From assembly GCF_001677475.2 (NCBI RefSeq), contig NZ_CP015229.1: a stretch of 64,000 bases of DNA. One strand, given 5' to 3'. Below are positions 1 through 13,353 of this stretch, piece by piece. This DNA is from Escherichia coli (GTDB lineage: Bacteria > Pseudomonadota > Gammaproteobacteria > Enterobacterales > Enterobacteriaceae). Numbering within the stretch: position 1 is the first letter of the stretch; each line of letters begins with the position of its first letter. A program made the position numbers and the translations under genes. Under the pieces are notes generated by a model that worked only from the letters and a program-made list of their open reading frames with translations, ran no database searches and had not been told where the DNA came from.

Positions 1-1853
1 AGCCCGCCCGCCCAAATCCAGCGAACAAACGGTTTGTAGTAAAGACGCACGGCCCACGCGCCGTTTTCCAGCTCTTCACCGAGCGCGGCGTACAGGTCAC
101 GCGTGATGCCGCCGTCAATTGCCGCTTCGGTCATCATCGACCCAGCAGTGTTGTAATAACGTTTTTCCGCATACAGCACCGTTTCCGGCTTGCCATCTCG
201 CGTTACGCCGATAGTCGCCACACCGCCGCGCCAGTTCGGGCCAGTCACCTCTTTGACATCACGGAAGGTGAAGCGATATTCATGAATATCGACACTATCG
301 CCGGACTTCATGCGCACATCACGCTCAACGCTATAGTTCTGGCTAAAGGCAATACCAACAATTGTCACTGCCAGCCCCAGGTGAGCCGCCACCATTCCCC
401 AATAACTGAAGGTGGTTTTCGTGCCGCGTGAAATACGCAGCGCAGCTTCCGCAATTGCCAGCACCGCAATCCAGCAGGCCATTGCCAGGCCGAGCACCGT
501 CATCGCCACAACTTTGCTTTCGAACAGCCACGGCAACAGCAGCGACAGCACCAGCGTTGAGATGAAGGCGATAATCAATAAATTGCGGATTTTACGTGGG
601 CGATCGCGCCCCCAGCGCACCAGAGGACCGACACCCAGCAGTAGCGCAAACGGCACCATCAGCCAGGTAAACATGGTGTTGAAGAACGGTTCGCCAATCG
701 AAATACTGCCCAGTCCCAGTTGCTTGTGCACCAGCGGCAGCAGCGTCCCCAGTAATACCACCAGCATCGCGGCGACCAGCAAAACGTTGTTCGCTAACAG
801 CAGAGATTCCCGCGACCACAGCGCATTGTTTACGCGTGAGCGAACTTTGTGTCCACGCGCGGCAAACAGCAGCAGCGAACCACCAATCACCAGCACCATA
901 AAGGCGAGGATAAACATACCGCGTGCCGGATCAGAGGCAAACGCGTGTACCGATACCAGCACGCCGGAACGCACCAGGAAAGTCCCCAGCAGACACAACG
1001 AGAAGGCACTGATTGCCAGCAGTAATGTCCACGCTTTGAAGCTGGCGCGTTGTTCAGTGACCGCCAGTGAGTGCATCAGCGCAGTCCCCACCAGCCACGG
1101 CATAAACGAGGCGTTTTCTACCGGATCCCAGAACCACCAGCCGCCCCAGCCGAGTTCGTAATAGGCCCATGCGGAACCGAGCACAATGCCGAGCGTCAAG
1201 AAGATCCACGCCGCCAGCGTCCACGGGCGGGTAAAACGCGCATAGGTGCTGTCCAGACGCCCACTCAACAAAGAAGCAATGGCGAAAGCAAACGCCACCG
1301 AGAAACCGACGTACCCCATATAGAGCAGAGGCGGATGGAAGATCAGCCCCGGATCCTGCAACAGCGGGTTAAGATCGCGCCCTTCAATCGGGAAATTCGG
1401 CAGCGTGCGTGAGAATGGGTTAGAGGTAAAGAGAATGAACAGCAAAAAGCCGACACTGACCATCCCCATTATCGCCAGTACGCGGGCCACAATATCCAGC
1501 GGAATACGCTGACTAAAAATCGCCACCGCAAAGGTCCAGCCGCTCATCAGCAGCACCCACAGCAGGAGCGAGCCTTCATGCGCTCCCCAGGTAGCCGCCA
1601 CGCGATACCACACCGGAAGCTGGGTATTGGAGTTGCTGGCAACATAGGTGACGGTAAAGTCGTTGACCACGAAGGCATTGACCAGTACCAGAAATGCGCC
1701 AGCCACAGACATAAACAGCAGCCAGGCAAACAAGCGGGAAGACGCCATCATGCGCGCATCTCCGCGCGCTACGCCCCATAGCGGATACACGGACAGCAGC
1801 AGCGCAATTCCTAGCGCCAGACACAGCAGCCCGTTACCAATTTCCGGCATCAT
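1..1853 (-). CDS. ccmF: cytochrome c maturation heme lyase CcmF; C-terminal end runs off the window edge
   Basis: Reverse complement of 1827-1853 reads MMPEIGNGL, the CcmF N-terminus; ATGA start/stop overlap with ccmE at 1850-1853; operon context. Confidence 0.85.
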   Translation of the reverse strand, partial: MMPEIGNGLLCLALGIALLLSVYPLWGVARGDARMMASSRLFAWLLFMSVAGAFLVLVNAFVVNDFTVTYVASNSNTQLPVWYRVAATWGAHEGSLLLWVLLMSGWTFAVAIFSQRIPLDIVARVLAIMGMVSVGFLLFILFTSNPFSRTLPNFPIEGRDLNPLLQDPGLIFHPPLLYMGYVGFSVAFAFAIASLLSGRLDSTYARFTRPWTLAAWIFLTLGIVLGSAWAYYELGWGGWWFWDPVENASFMPWLVGTALMHSLAVTEQRASFKAWTLLLAISAFSLCLLGTFLVRSGVLVSVHAFASDPARGMFILAFMVLVIGGSLLLFAARGHKVRSRVNNALWSRESLLLANNVLLVAAMLVVLLGTLLPLVHKQLGLGSISIGEPFFNTMFTWLMVPFALLLGVGPLVRWGRDRPRKIRNLLIIAFISTLVLSLLLPWLFESKVVAMTVLGLAMACWIAVLAIAEAALRISRGTKTTFSYWGMVAAHLGLAVTIVGIAFSQNYSVERDVRMKSGDSVDIHEYRFTFRDVKEVTGPNWRGGVATIGVTRDGKPETVLYAEKRYYNTAGSMMTEAAIDGGITRDLYAALGEELENGAWAVRLYYKPFVRWIWAGG

Positions 1854-2329
1854 GATGCTGGGTCCTTATAAACACTCGTCGGGCGACGGTGATTGGCTTC
1901 CATCGCTTTCTCAACTTCTGGCGGCGTGTAGTTTTCATCGTGTTTCGCCAGCACTTCTTTCGCGAGGATATGATTGCCTTTTTCCAGTTCACCCTGCACC
2001 ACAACGCCCTGCCCTTCACGGAACAGATCCGGCAAAATGCCTTCGTAAGAGACATCTACTGAACCTTCAGCGTCGTAAATGGTGAAAGTTACTTTTAGCG
2101 AATTGGGATCGCGCTGCACACTACCCGGCATCACCATCCCGCCAACGCGCAGACGCTGACCGACTTCCGGCATTTGCTGAGTTTCACGCTTGCCGTAGAG
2201 AATTTCCCCCGGCGTATAAAAGAGATCGATATTCGAGCGCAGCGCATATAGCACCAGACCGATAGTCAGCGCCAGCCCCGCCAGAACGGCACAGGCAATC
2301 CACAAGCGGTTTTTACGGCGAATATTCAT
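1850..2329 (-). CDS. ccmE: heme chaperone CcmE
   Basis: 159 aa ORF with membrane anchor; position in ccm operon. Confidence 0.93.
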   Translation of the reverse strand: MNIRRKNRLWIACAVLAGLALTIGLVLYALRSNIDLFYTPGEILYGKRETQQMPEVGQRLRVGGMVMPGSVQRDPNSLKVTFTIYDAEGSVDVSYEGILPDLFREGQGVVVQGELEKGNHILAKEVLAKHDENYTPPEVEKAMEANHRRPTSVYKDPAS

Positions 2330-2535
2330 GCAGCCTCCTGCTGTTGCGCAGCACGTAAACGCGCCTCACGCGCCCGCTGTTGCGCCACACCACGCAGAAT
2401 TGCGCGATGCTGCATCACCGAGTGCACGACCAAAACCACCAGCGGAATGACGGTCATCACCACCGCAAGCCAGACAAAAAAGGCGTAACCGCCCATTGCG
2501 AAAAATTCATTCCAGGAAGCAAATGCAGGGGTCAT
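2326..2535 (-). CDS. ccmD: heme exporter subunit CcmD
   Basis: 69 aa ORF overlapping ccmE and ccmC by 4 nt; small membrane protein. Confidence 0.9.
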   Translation of the reverse strand: MTPAFASWNEFFAMGGYAFFVWLAVVMTVIPLVVLVVHSVMQHRAILRGVAQQRAREARLRAAQQQEAA

Positions 2536-3269
2536 TTACGGCCTCTTTTCAATATCAGTTCACTCACCCACGGACGGCGTTTTTCCATCAGCAAAATTAA
2601 ATTACGCATCCGCATCAGCGTCAGCGTGGCAGACAGCAGCAGGAAGCCAAAAATCGACCAGCGCAGCGGCGAACGCATCGCCGGATCGATACTTTGCTGC
2701 ATCCGCGTTGATCCCTGATGCAGGGTGTTCCACCACTCCACGGAGTAATGAATAATCGGCAGATTCACCACGCCAATCAGCACCAGGATACCTGCCGCAC
2801 GGCCCGCCAGACGGCAGTCGTCGAAGGCGTGCCACAGGGCAATCACACCCACATACAAAAACAGCAGTACCAGTTCAGAAGTCAGACGTGCATCCCATAC
2901 CCACCAGGTGCCCCACATCGGTTTTCCCCATGCAGAGCCGGTAACCAGGGCAATAAAGGTAAACACGGCACCAATGGGGGCCATCGCCGCCACCGCCAGG
3001 TTGGCCATTTTCATCTGCCAGACAAGGCCAATAAACGCCGCCACCGCCATTGATGCATAAATGCCCATCGACCAGATCGCCGCAGGCACATGCAGGTAGA
3101 TAATGCGGTAGCTATTTCCCTGCTGATAATCAGCCGGAGCAAAGCCGAATCCCCAGATCCAGCCAACGGTAAGCACGACCACACTGGCAATTGCCAGCCA
3201 CGGTATAAACCAGCCACAGATTTGATACAGCCGTGGTGGGATCGCCAGTTGATGCAGTGTTTTCCACAT
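2532..3269 (-). CDS. ccmC: heme exporter protein CcmC
   Basis: Polytopic membrane ORF with WGxxWxWD motif (WGTWWVWD); start taken at internal ATG (MWKTLHQ) rather than the upstream alternative start of the track ORF. Confidence 0.9.
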   Translation of the reverse strand: MWKTLHQLAIPPRLYQICGWFIPWLAIASVVVLTVGWIWGFGFAPADYQQGNSYRIIYLHVPAAIWSMGIYASMAVAAFIGLVWQMKMANLAVAAMAPIGAVFTFIALVTGSAWGKPMWGTWWVWDARLTSELVLLFLYVGVIALWHAFDDCRLAGRAAGILVLIGVVNLPIIHYSVEWWNTLHQGSTRMQQSIDPAMRSPLRWSIFGFLLLSATLTLMRMRNLILLMEKRRPWVSELILKRGRK

Positions 3270-3310
3270 AGTTTCGATACCAGACTCGAACAAAAATCAG
3301 TAATCCAGCG

Positions 3311-3973
3311 TTATTGAATGCTGATTCGTAACGCTGCCGCCGTCGCAAAAGGACTTAATGTCGCGGTGCCTGCCAGCAACGCGCCTAAAATTGCCAGATA
3401 CCCATCAACGGGCAAATGCATAGAAGCCGCGTCCATCGCGGCGGTGGCAAAGATGAGTAATGGGATAGTCAGCGGTAACACCAGTATGCTGAGCAGCACA
3501 CCACCGCGCTTAAGTCCCACTGTCAGCGCCACGCCCGGCGCACCAAGAAAGCCAAGCGTAGGGGTTCCCAGCAGTAGCGTTAACGCCATCACTTGCCAGC
3601 CATAAACATCCATTCCCAGTAGCATTGCTACCAGGGGCGAAAGGATGAGTAACGGCAGACCGGTTACCATCCAGTGCGCCATCACCTTCGCCAGCACAAC
3701 GGCGGGCAAGGGTAACGGCAACAACATCAATTGTTCAAGACTGCCGTCCTGCAAATCGTCACGGAACAGTCGCTCGAGTGCCAGCAAGGATGAAAGCAGC
3801 GCGGCAACCCAGATAATGCCCGGTGCAATACGCGCCAGCAGTTGCGGCTCCGGACCGATACTGAGCGGAAAAAGGGTAATGACAATCAGGAAGAACCACA
3901 GCGGGTTGGCGATTTCGGCGCTATGGCGAAACGCTACGCGCAGCTCAAGACGGAAAATGCGCCAGAACATCAT
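3311..3973 (-). CDS. ccmB: heme exporter permease CcmB
   Basis: 220 aa hydrophobic ORF; operon position. Confidence 0.92.
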
Positions 3974-4593
3974 GCGGCCCCCGTTTGCGTCAGTGAAATG
4001 CGGCGAATTTTACTTTCAGCAACGTTGAGCGGCTGGTGGGTAGTCAGAATCACAATCCCCCCCTGCTCCGTATGCTGCGCCATACGCTGGGTCAGACGAT
4101 CGACGCCGTTAACATCAATCGCGGTAAAAGGCTCGTCGAGGATCCATAACGTGGCACGGGTCAGCCACAGACGCGCTAAAGCGACGCGGCGTTGTTGCCC
4201 GGCAGAAAGTTGATTTACAGGAATATCTTCGAATCCGGCAAGCCCAGCCTGCGCCAGGGCTTCCAGACATTGTGCGGTATCGCCATCGCGATGATAAAAG
4301 TGCAGATTTTCTAACGCCGTCAGCCGGGTTTTGATCCCCGGCTGATGGCCTATCCATAACAGGTTTTGATGGTAGCTGTCGCGTACCTGATGCAAGGGCT
4401 GCCCTTGCCAGAGAACCTCGCCTGCGTCAGGGCGAGACAACCCCGTCAGCAAACGGAGAAGCGTTGTCTTCCCCGCGCCGTTGCTACCGGTGATTTGTAC
4501 CCACTCGCCTGCGTTCAGCGTAAATGACAAGCCACTAAATAAGGTTCGTTCATCCCGCTCGCAAAGTAACTCTCTGGCTTCAAGCATACCCAC
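3970..4593 (-). CDS. ccmA: heme exporter ATP-binding protein CcmA
   Basis: Walker [10 protein letters not shown] and ABC signature LSAGQQRR in the 207 aa ORF. Confidence 0.93.
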   Translation of the reverse strand: MGMLEARELLCERDERTLFSGLSFTLNAGEWVQITGSNGAGKTTLLRLLTGLSRPDAGEVLWQGQPLHQVRDSYHQNLLWIGHQPGIKTRLTALENLHFYHRDGDTAQCLEALAQAGLAGFEDIPVNQLSAGQQRRVALARLWLTRATLWILDEPFTAIDVNGVDRLTQRMAQHTEQGGIVILTTHQPLNVAESKIRRISLTQTGAA

Positions 4594-4605
4594 GCAATAA
4601 CCCTG

Positions 4606-5208
4606 TTAAAAACCTGGCTCGACTTCGCGCATATCGGGCAGCTTGTGCGCTATCCCTTTATGGCAATCAATACAGGTTTGCCCATCTTTCACCGCCTGGT
4701 CATGCATCTTCGCGGCAACCGATTTCTGGGCGGTTGTATCCATATACTCGAAGTTGTGACAGTTACGGCACTCCTGCGAGTTATTGTCCTTCATGCGCCG
4801 CCACTCATTCTGTGCCATCGTCAGGCGATGAGCTTCAAATTTCTGCGGCGTGTCAATAACGCCAAAAATTTTACCATACAGCTCTTTACTTGCTTTGAGC
4901 TTGCGTATCATCTTCGGCACAAACTCGTGCGGAACGTGACAATCCGGACAGGTCGCACGGACGCCGCTACGGTTGTTGTAGTGCACGGAATCCATGTATT
5001 CCTGATACACCGTGTTACGCATTTCGTGGCAGCTAATGCAGAACTCTTCGGTATTGGCTTTTTCCATCCCGGTGTTAAAGCCGCCCCAGAAGACGATGCC
5101 ACCGACAAAACCGATCAACAGCAGCGTCCCCAGCGCCAGACGGCTGGGGGTACGCCACCATTTCCACAGGCGCTTAATCAGACCAGGCTTACGGTCAGAA
5201 TTTCCCAT
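4606..5208 (-). CDS. napC: tetraheme cytochrome c NapC (quinol dehydrogenase)
   Basis: 200 aa ORF with N-terminal anchor and four CxxCH motifs (CISCH, CPDCH, CRNCH, CIDCH). Confidence 0.93.
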   Translation of the reverse strand: MGNSDRKPGLIKRLWKWWRTPSRLALGTLLLIGFVGGIVFWGGFNTGMEKANTEEFCISCHEMRNTVYQEYMDSVHYNNRSGVRATCPDCHVPHEFVPKMIRKLKASKELYGKIFGVIDTPQKFEAHRLTMAQNEWRRMKDNNSQECRNCHNFEYMDTTAQKSVAAKMHDQAVKDGQTCIDCHKGIAHKLPDMREVEPGF

Positions 5209-5217
5209 AATAACCTC

Positions 5218-5667
5218 TTATTTCCCGTAACCTTTTGACGGGGTAAAGGTATTCCCCACGATTGGCGCGGTATCAGCCTGCGGCACGTGACATTGCAGAC
5301 AGAAGTAACGACGTGGAGCCACTTCCGCGCCTACTTTGCCGTCGCTGTCCATAAAGTGAGTAGGACTGATGCGCGGTGCGCCAGTGGTGCGATAGCTTTC
5401 GACACCGTGGCACTGCAAGCAGCGGTTGGTATTGGTCGTTACCTGATAACCTTCAACGCTATGCGGGATCATTGGCGGCTGATTCACATAGTTCAGCGGC
5501 ATCCGTTCCTGCTCTTTTGGCATCCGAATGGCCCCTTCCTGCGTCCCGGATACTTCCGGCGACTGGCTAAAATCGACGCCATTAGCCGCCCAAACCGCGC
5601 CGCTCACCACCAGGGCCAGCATCGCCGTCCATTGACACAGCGCTTTCTTCAGGTCATGGCTTTTCAT
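5218..5667 (-). CDS. napB: diheme cytochrome c NapB
   Basis: Signal peptide plus two CxxCH motifs (CLQCH twice); start taken at MKSHDLKK with ATGA overlap to napH stop. Confidence 0.9.
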   Translation of the reverse strand: MKSHDLKKALCQWTAMLALVVSGAVWAANGVDFSQSPEVSGTQEGAIRMPKEQERMPLNYVNQPPMIPHSVEGYQVTTNTNRCLQCHGVESYRTTGAPRISPTHFMDSDGKVGAEVAPRRYFCLQCHVPQADTAPIVGNTFTPSKGYGK

Positions 5668-6527
5668 GATTTCGCTCCCGAACTCCATCGTGTAGTTATT
5701 GTAAATACATCCTCAGAACAGACATCCACGCAGCGACCGCACGTCATGCAATCGCGGCTGGTGACCTGCACCGTGCTTTGTTCATCCAGCACCGGGGCAC
5801 GTAGCACATGCGGTTCCGGGCAAACATGAAAACAATCCATACAGCGGTTACATTTCTGCCGATCGGTGGCCGCAACGGTAATCACACCTTTGCTACCCAG
5901 CACGCCATACAGCGCTCCAACCGGACAAATGTGCCCGCACCAGCCGTGTTCAACGACCAGTAGATCAAATAAAAACAGCGCGAGAATAAGCAGCGCGCCG
6001 CTACCGAAGCCCATTACCAGGCTACGCCCCATCAGGGAAACGGGGTTGATCCATTCCCAGATGAGCGTGCCGGTTAAGGCCGATCCCACCAGAATGATCA
6101 CCAACAGCACGTAGCGAATGTGGCGAGGGATCGTCGCAGACTGATTGAGGTCAAATCGTCTGCGTAACCAGTTCGCTAAATCGGTAATTGGGTTCAGCGG
6201 GCAGACCCAGCTACAAAATAATCGCTTTCCTGCCAGGGCGTAGAGCACGGTGATAATCACCGCTCCGGTCAACGCCACCGTGGCAGGCAGATGACCACTG
6301 GCAAGACTTTGCAGCGTCATCAGCGGATCGGTCAGTGGAACGGTGTCGAATAACAGGCTACTGCTGTAGTTGCCGTGCAAGATCCACACACCAAACCACG
6401 GACCGCTCAAAAACATCCCCAGCACGAAGAACTGACAAAGGCGACGTAACACCAGCCAACGGTGGCTGCGCCACCAGCCTTTTTTCTCCAGCGCCTCGCG
6501 CCCGGCGTCACGTTTACGATTTGCCAT
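5664..6527 (-). CDS. napH: ferredoxin-type membrane protein NapH
   Basis: 287 aa ORF with TM segments and C-terminal Cys clusters (CNRCMDC..CP, CMTCGRC); operon order. Confidence 0.92.
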
Positions 6528-7209
6528 TGTTCCCCTCCAGCCAGCCGAAGCGGTAATGGTGACCTAACTCCCCTTTCGCTAGTGACAGCGGTAACACCTT
6601 GATTGCCGGTTGTTCCAGCACGCACACTTTTTCGCACTTACCGCAACCGGTACAGGCGTCGCTGTGAACCGTCGGCAGAAAGCGGGCGTGCTTACCGGTA
6701 CGCGTGTTGCGCTCCAGCTCCAGGGTGATGGCCTCATCAATTTTCGGGCATTCGCGATAACAAACATCGCAGCGCAGCCCCTGAAAGTTGAGACAGTTTT
6801 CCTGGTCCACCAGCACCGCCAGCCCCATCCGCGCGTCGTCGATCGATTCGATCTCACGATCCAGCGCACCGCTCGGGCACACTTTGGCGCACGGAATGTC
6901 CTCACACATTTCGCAAGGAATATCCCGTGCGACAAAATATGGCGTGCCCGCCGACAGGCCAGAAGCCAGCGTCGCCAGTTTTAAGGTGTCATAAGGGCAA
7001 GCCTGAACACACTGACCGCAACGCACACAGGCACTGGCAAAGGCGTTCTCGTTTATGGCTCCGGGCGGGCGCAACCGCACGCCAGATGCGCGTGCGGTTT
7101 GCTGTTGTAACCCCAGCGCCACACCCACGGCAGCCAGCCCGCCTGCTGTGCGAACGACATCGCGCAGAAAGCGGCGGCGACCATTTTGAGGTTTCGCTGA
7201 CCGGGACAT
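6514..7209 (-). CDS. napG: ferredoxin-type protein NapG
   Basis: 231 aa ORF with Tat-like N-terminus (RRRFLRD) and multiple CxxCxxC iron-sulfur motifs. Confidence 0.92.
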
Positions 7210-7215
7210 AATGGC

Positions 7216-9702
7216 TTACACCTTCTCCAGTTTGACCGCGCACTTCTTGAAGTCCGTCTCTTTCGAGAGCGGATCGGTCGCATCCAGCGTCAGTTTGTTA
7301 ACCAGCTGTGCGGCGTCGAAGAACGGCATGTACACCAGGCCCTGCGGCGGACGGTTACGACCGCGCGTTTCAACAATCGAGATCACTTCGCCACGGCGAG
7401 AAACCACTTTCACTTTGTCGCCACGGCGCAGATCGCGCGCTTTCGCATCCAACGGGTGAATAAACAGGACCGCTTCCGGGAAGGCACGGTGCAGTTCCGG
7501 CACACGGCGAGTCATACTGCCGGTGTGCCAGTGCTCCAGGACGCGTCCGGTAGAGAGCCACAGATCGTACTCTTCATCCGGTGCTTCCGCCGCCGGTTCG
7601 AACGGCAGTGCGAAGATCACCGCTTTGCCATCCGGTTTACCGTAGAACTTATAGCCTTCGCCCGCTTTCACGTACGGGTCGTTACCTTCGCTGTAACGCC
7701 ACTGCGTTTCTTTACCGTTCACCACCGGCCAGCGCAGACCGCGCGCTTTGTGGTAGTCATCGAACGGTGCCAGATCGTGACCGTGACCGCGACCAAACCA
7801 TGCGTACTCTTCGAACAGCCCTTTTTGCAGATAGAAGCCCAGCTCGCGGGATTCATCGTTCAGCTGATCTTCCGCCAGTTCGGATAGCGGGAATTTGCTC
7901 ACTTCCGGGGTGGCATACAGAACTTCGTACAGCGTTTTGCCACGCAGTTCCGGTTTCTTCGCCAGCAGCTCTTCCGGCCATACTTCTTCAGTTTTGAAGC
8001 GGCGGGAGAACTGGACTAACTGCCAGAGATCCGATTTCGCTTCGCCCGGGGCCTGTACCTGCTGACGCCAGAACTGAGTACGGCGTTCGGCATTACCGTA
8101 AGCGCCCTCTTTCTCTACCCACATTGCGGTCGGCAGGATCAAGTCCGCTGCCAGCGCACTGACTGTCGGATACGGATCGGAGACGATGATGAAGTTGCGC
8201 GGATCGCGCCAGCCCGGCATACGCTCTTCATTAATGTTCGGCCCGGCCTGCATGTTGTTGGTACACATGGTCCAGTAAACATTCAGCTTGCCGTCTTTCA
8301 GCGCACGGTCTTGTGCCACCGCGTGCAGACCGATTTTCGCCGGAATGGTGCCGCTCGGGATATTCCACTTCTTCTCGCAGATATCACGGTGTTTCTCGTT
8401 AGTCACCACCATGTCCGCAGGCAGACGGTGAGCAAAGGTGCCCACTTCACGCGCAGTACCACACGCGGAAGGCTGCCCGGTCAGGGAGAACGGACCGCAA
8501 CCTGGCTGGGAAATTTTGCCGGTCAGCAGATGCAGGTTGTAGACCAGGTTGTTGGCCCACACGCCACGAGTATGCTGGTTGAAGCCCATCGTCCAGTAGG
8601 AGATGACTTTCTTGTTCGGATCGGCATACAGCTGCGCCAGTTGTTCTAACTGGTCTTTCGGCACGCCGGTCATTTCGGCAGTTTTTTCCAGCGTATACTC
8701 AGCAACGAAGGCTTTGTAATCTTCAAAGCTCATCGGTTCGGAGGCGTCAGAACCTGGATTCTTCGCTGCTTTTTCCAGCGGATGGGTCGGACGTAAACCG
8801 TAGCCGATGTCCGTCGCCCCTTTGCGCAGGTTAACGTGTTTGCTGAAGAAGTCCTGATTTATCGCATTGTTTTGAATGATATAGTTGGCGATGTAGTTCA
8901 GGATCACCAGGTCAGATTGCGGCGTAAAGATGATGCCGTTATCCGCCAGTTCGAAGCTACGATGCTGGTAGGTAGAAAGCACCGCCACGGTGACGTTCTG
9001 GTTAGAGAGACGACGGTTAGTGATGCGCGACCAGAGGATCGGGTGCATCTCCGCCATGTTTGCGCCCCACAGCACAAACGCGTCAGCCTGCTCGATGTCG
9101 TCATAGCAGCCCATCGGCTCATCCATACCAAAGGTACGCATAAAGCCAACTACCGCCGACGCCATACAGTGACGCGCGTTCGGGTCGATGTTGTTCGAAC
9201 GGAAGCCCGCTTTGAACAGCTTGGACGCGGCATAACCTTCCCAGATAGTCCACTGACCAGAACCGAACATACCGATCGATTCCGGCCCTTTTTCTTTCAG
9301 GGCGGTTTTGAATTTCTCTTCCATCACATCGAAGGCCTGATCCCAGGTGATTGGGGTAAATTCGCCTTCTTTGTCATATTTACCGTTTTTCATACGCAGA
9401 AGCGGCTGCGTCAAACGGTCTTTACCGTACATGATTTTGGGCAGGAAATAGCCCTTAATGCAGTTCAGGCCACGGTTAACCGGTGCGTCCGGGTCGCCCT
9501 GACAGGCCACCACACGCCCCTGCTGCGTTCCGACCAGAACGCCGCAACCAGTACCGCAGAAACGGCACGGCGCTTTATCCCATTTAATGGCTTCCTGCTG
9601 ACCAACAACGGCGCGGGCAACGCCCGGCACGCTGAGACCGGCAGCCGCCGCAGCGGCCGCAACGGCGTTAGCTTTCATAAAGCTACGACGACTGAGTTTC
9701 AT
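7216..9702 (-). CDS. napA: periplasmic nitrate reductase catalytic subunit NapA
   Basis: 828 aa ORF with twin-arginine signal ([19 protein letters not shown]) and N-terminal Cys cluster CRFCGTGCG typical of molybdopterin oxidoreductases. Confidence 0.95.
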   Translation of the reverse strand: MKLSRRSFMKANAVAAAAAAAGLSVPGVARAVVGQQEAIKWDKAPCRFCGTGCGVLVGTQQGRVVACQGDPDAPVNRGLNCIKGYFLPKIMYGKDRLTQPLLRMKNGKYDKEGEFTPITWDQAFDVMEEKFKTALKEKGPESIGMFGSGQWTIWEGYAASKLFKAGFRSNNIDPNARHCMASAVVGFMRTFGMDEPMGCYDDIEQADAFVLWGANMAEMHPILWSRITNRRLSNQNVTVAVLSTYQHRSFELADNGIIFTPQSDLVILNYIANYIIQNNAINQDFFSKHVNLRKGATDIGYGLRPTHPLEKAAKNPGSDASEPMSFEDYKAFVAEYTLEKTAEMTGVPKDQLEQLAQLYADPNKKVISYWTMGFNQHTRGVWANNLVYNLHLLTGKISQPGCGPFSLTGQPSACGTAREVGTFAHRLPADMVVTNEKHRDICEKKWNIPSGTIPAKIGLHAVAQDRALKDGKLNVYWTMCTNNMQAGPNINEERMPGWRDPRNFIIVSDPYPTVSALAADLILPTAMWVEKEGAYGNAERRTQFWRQQVQAPGEAKSDLWQLVQFSRRFKTEEVWPEELLAKKPELRGKTLYEVLYATPEVSKFPLSELAEDQLNDESRELGFYLQKGLFEEYAWFGRGHGHDLAPFDDYHKARGLRWPVVNGKETQWRYSEGNDPYVKAGEGYKFYGKPDGKAVIFALPFEPAAEAPDEEYDLWLSTGRVLEHWHTGSMTRRVPELHRAFPEAVLFIHPLDAKARDLRRGDKVKVVSRRGEVISIVETRGRNRPPQGLVYMPFFDAAQLVNKLTLDATDPLSKETDFKKCAVKLEKV

Positions 9703-9962
9703 GGTGTTTCCTCACCTTGCTCTTCCTGCTGGTGATAAACCAGCGACACCGCCAGCACGCCCTCTACGTTGCGTACTGACTCAATGGTTTGGATCAGCGT
9801 TTCGCTGTCTTCTGCTTCCACCACCACAATCAACTGACCGCTCGGCGCGTCGCTGACAGCAACTTCACAGCCGGGAAAGGCGTTCAGTTGGGTGCTGATG
9901 TCTGAAATTCGTTCGCTTTTGGCCTGCACGACCAGGCTGCAAACTTGCCAGTTAGTGTGCAT
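9699..9962 (-). CDS. napD: NapA maturation chaperone NapD
   Basis: 87 aa ORF overlapping napA start; operon position. Confidence 0.9.
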   Translation of the reverse strand: MHTNWQVCSLVVQAKSERISDISTQLNAFPGCEVAVSDAPSGQLIVVVEAEDSETLIQTIESVRNVEGVLAVSLVYHQQEEQGEETP

Positions 9963-10446
9963 GGAGATACTCCGCAGTTATGGCTGATACCGGACAACTG
10001 GCTGCACATGCTCCACATCCGTTGCAAAGTTGGCTATTAAGTTGCGGCTGGTAGATCCCGGAGAGCGTCGGGCGAAAGATAATTGCCATTGGCTCACAGC
10101 TATCCTGACAGCGGCGGCATTCAACTGACTGATACGCCAGGCACGCGTCCCCAATGGTGAACTGCAAATCCCAGGCCCTGGTGTGGCGCGGAGAAAATAG
10201 CGATTCGGGGCAAGCCTGCGCGCAGGCGTAACAGAAGCTGCACTCGTTATTTTTGAAATTAACGCTCGGATAGCCACCCGCGCCGCGTTGCAGAATGTTG
10301 TTTTCACAAGCATTAATACAGACATCGCAGCGGGTGCAATGGGTCAGAAAATGAGATTCATCACCGGACCAGGGCGGACGGATACCGTTACTGGCTTTGC
10401 GCCAGCGACCAGTGAGTATGCCCCGACGGGATGCATCAATCTTCAC
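9952..10446 (-). CDS. napF: ferredoxin-type protein NapF
   Basis: 164 aa ORF with several CxxCxxCxxxCP motifs; first gene of nap operon. Confidence 0.9.
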   Translation of the reverse strand: MKIDASRRGILTGRWRKASNGIRPPWSGDESHFLTHCTRCDVCINACENNILQRGAGGYPSVNFKNNECSFCYACAQACPESLFSPRHTRAWDLQFTIGDACLAYQSVECRRCQDSCEPMAIIFRPTLSGIYQPQLNSQLCNGCGACAASCPVSAITAEYLHAH

Positions 10447-10853
10447 ATTGACCTTCCATCATTAACGCGCTCTGAAAATTGAGAGCGACCAAATAAACCG
10501 CATAATTAATAAGCCATTTTTATAGCCGCTAAGATATTAAAGGATGTGTCAAAGATGCATACCCCGATCGGGGTAAAACCTGTAGCAGGATCAAAAGAGT
10601 GGCGGGAAGCGTGGCAAAAACGGGCTTTTGCTCACATTTCAAATGGTTATAAACATATTTATATAGCGATTAATTCACCAGAGATATTTCTGCTGGCTTG
10701 TCTTCTTAACAGAATTTAACACTAAAAGAGCAGGTAAAATTATCTGAATATTCTTTAAGTTATTCATAAAGCAAATTAATAAATCTGATGAATATGTTAA
10801 CCTTCAGCGACATCATCGGTGAAAACCTATAAATGAAGAAGGAAAGCAAAAAA
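10447..10853. promoter_or_regulatory. divergent napF / eco intergenic control region; individual sites not resolved
   Basis: AT-rich about 400 bp spacer between divergently transcribed napF and eco; the nap promoter is known to be Fnr/NarP/NarL dependent. Confidence 0.5.
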
Positions 10854-11342
10854 ATGAAGACCATTCTACCTGCAGTATTGTTTGCCGCTTTCGCCACCAC
10901 TTCCGCCTGGGCGGCAGAGAGCGTCCAGCCACTGGAAAAAATCGCGCCTTATCCACAAGCTGAAAAAGGCATGAAGCGTCAGGTGATTCAGTTAACTCCG
11001 CAAGAAGATGAATCTACCCTGAAAGTAGAACTGTTAATTGGTCAGACGCTGGAAGTCGACTGCAATTTGCATCGTCTCGGCGGGAAGCTGGAAAGCAAAA
11101 CGCTGGAAGGCTGGGGCTATGATTATTATGTCTTTGATAAAGTTAGCTCGCCGGTTTCGACGATGATGGCCTGCCCGGATGGCAAGAAAGAGAAGAAATT
11201 TGTCACCGCGTATTTGGGTGATGCCGGAATGCTGCGTTACAACAGCAAGCTGCCGATCGTGGTGTATACGCCAGACAATGTGGATGTGAAATACCGCATC
11301 TGGAAGGCGGAAGAGAAAATTGACAACGCGGTAGTTCGCTAA
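10854..11342 (+). CDS. eco: ecotin, periplasmic serine protease inhibitor
   Basis: Start taken at [20 protein letters not shown] (signal peptide) preceded by AAGGAAAG; ORF track N-terminal extension rejected. Confidence 0.92.
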   Translation: MKTILPAVLFAAFATTSAWAAESVQPLEKIAPYPQAEKGMKRQVIQLTPQEDESTLKVELLIGQTLEVDCNLHRLGGKLESKTLEGWGYDYYVFDKVSSPVSTMMACPDGKKEKKFVTAYLGDAGMLRYNSKLPIVVYTPDNVDVKYRIWKAEEKIDNAVVR

Positions 11343-11359
11343 ACTGCCGTGAAGTGCGG

Positions 11360-11486
11360 CACCCCGTAGGTCAGATAAGGCGGTTACGCCGCATCCGATC
11401 TAACGCCCAAGCCGGTTGCCTGATAAGACGCTGGCGCGTCTTATCAGCATAAGCCACATCCGGCATACCATGCCGGATGTGGCACA
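11360..11486. repeat. REP / BIME-type palindromic repeat cluster between eco and mqo
   Basis: Tandem GC-rich palindromes (cagataaggcggttacgccgcatccg; gcctgataagacgctggcgcgtcttatcag; catccggcataccatgccggatg). Confidence 0.75.
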
Positions 11487-11489
11487 TCA

Positions 11490-13148
<1,659 letters not shown>

Positions 13149-13314
13149 TTACTTTTAGTCGCTTTATTGCAGGTGAGATTTGCGCGGCATCAACGGTAAC
13201 ACTTAAGTAACAACATTTAAATAATGTTTATAAATTATATTCTAATTTTAGAAACATTATAATTTCGTTGATTAATTATACGGTTATTAGAAACGAAGGG
13301 ATTTTTAGAATATT

Positions 13315-13341
13315 GACCTGGCGGCAGCAGTCCGCCAGGTC
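13315..13341 (-). terminator. stem-loop just downstream of yojI; no clear U-tract
   Basis: 10 bp GC-rich stem gacctggcgg / ccgccaggtc with 7 nt loop, 13 nt past the yojI stop. Confidence 0.35.
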
Positions 13342-13353
13342 AGCGTCGAAATA

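Noticed and set aside
412-1161. 249 aa plus-strand ORF
   Set aside because: Antisense to ccmF, which occupies this region on the minus strand; Ser/Thr/Ala-rich shadow translation.
8836-9735. 299 aa plus-strand ORF
   Set aside because: Antisense to napA; no motif support; shadow frame.
10447-10853. Attempt to pinpoint the Fnr box (TTGAT-N4-ATCAA) in the nap promoter
   Set aside because: Only partial matches by eye (for example around gcaggatcaa); I cannot place the site confidently without a position-weight-matrix scan, so only the region is annotated.
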